Shown here piece after piece: positions 63,051 to 64,000 of a stretch of 64,000 nucleotides of DNA (its first letter is position 1; every line of letters starts with the position of its first letter). The DNA is taken from NCBI RefSeq assembly GCF_963921235.1, contig NC_086108.1, forward strand, positions 26,226,001 to 26,290,000. The letters run 5' to 3'. A program made the position numbers and the translations under genes. The DNA is from Mobula hypostoma. Lineage: Eukaryota. The notes under the pieces were generated by a model, which saw only the letters and a list, made by a program, of their open reading frames with translations, was not told where the DNA came from and made no database searches.

Positions 63051-64000
63051 ATTCTTGAAGTACACTTGGTTTGAAATTCCTGTCTCTATCTCTGTGACTT
63101 ATTCCAGCCTAATACTCCGAGACTTTCTCACTCCAGTGTTATGTGCACCTGTTATCAAATTGTATTCGTCCTTTAAACATCTTTTGTCGTAGCTCAAGGT
63201 CCATGTTGGTGCCTTTTAATGTAAAGGCATTATATAAATGATATAACTTCACTTCTGATTAACCATCAATAAGTTTTGTCAGTGTATTCCTCAAGTGATC
63301 ACTGCTGTCAGGGCAGTGCTGGCTTCACTGTAATCGGCAATAGGGTGACAAGCCATCAACCTGAAACTTCCTCTCTCCACTGATGCTACCTGTCCTACCG
63401 AGCACTTCCTGCAGTTTCTGTTTTAATTTCATTTTGGAAGCATCTTCATTTTTTTGTCTTTGCTTTTTCATTTATTTTAAATTTAGGAAGTTCTAAGAAC
63501 CAGACTGTAATTCTCCAAAAGCTTTAAACTAACCAAGATGCATCTTAGAAAGAACAAAAACATTCAACAAGACTTTTATGATAGACACTCACTGTGTCCT
63601 TGAAATTTGCAGAGTCTTAATCACAGAAATAATAATGTAGCATGCATAATGGCATGCTACAAATACAAAACACACAATAGATTCTTATTTTGATCTCCTG
63701 TTTGGGATGTGGAAGCGTACACCAAGGTCCTGTTCTGATATATCGAATTGTGACTGAATTCCTGGAAGTTACATTAGGAGGCAAATCACAGTCTAATTAC
63801 AAGTAAGTATAGTTTACTTGAGGATATGAAAACCTTTGGCTATTCAAATGATGGTAGGACTTGATGTTTAAATAAAGATTAAGGTGCCCTCTTAATTACC
63901 CTACTGTTTGACAAAAGCAGTGGTTATGTACATAAAGTAAGAAGCAGTCTTCTGGAGAATCTCAGTGGATCAAGCAGCAACTGTGGGAAGAAAAGAATTG

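Overview
Eukaryotic, repeat-dense non-coding DNA (intron or intergenic) with no recognisable host protein-coding exon, rRNA, tRNA gene or CRISPR array. The repeat mix (CR1, Rex1/Babar, Nimb/I-clade, RTE, V-SINE-like, Penelope-like, sushi-type Gypsy, hAT) suggests a fish, probably cartilaginous; this is inference. Every recognisable ORF is a transposon fragment, and most other ORF-track entries look spurious. The most notable signal is a family of Penelope-like (PLE) fold-back insertions from 40 nt to 1.2 kb. Six copies have readable 10-15 bp target-site duplications (TSDs), their inverted arms stop at nearly the same point about 30-40 nt short of the element 3' end, and several carry a minimal hammerhead-ribozyme motif. 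Also present: a TSD-bounded Nimb-like LINE with two nested insertions, a young CR1 with a twin-priming-like 5' inversion, three hAT elements with perfect 8-bp TSDs, a solo LTR, SINEs sharing a head but not a tail, and a candidate recursive splice site. Family names come from motif recognition, not database searches. Boundaries of degenerate elements are approximate.
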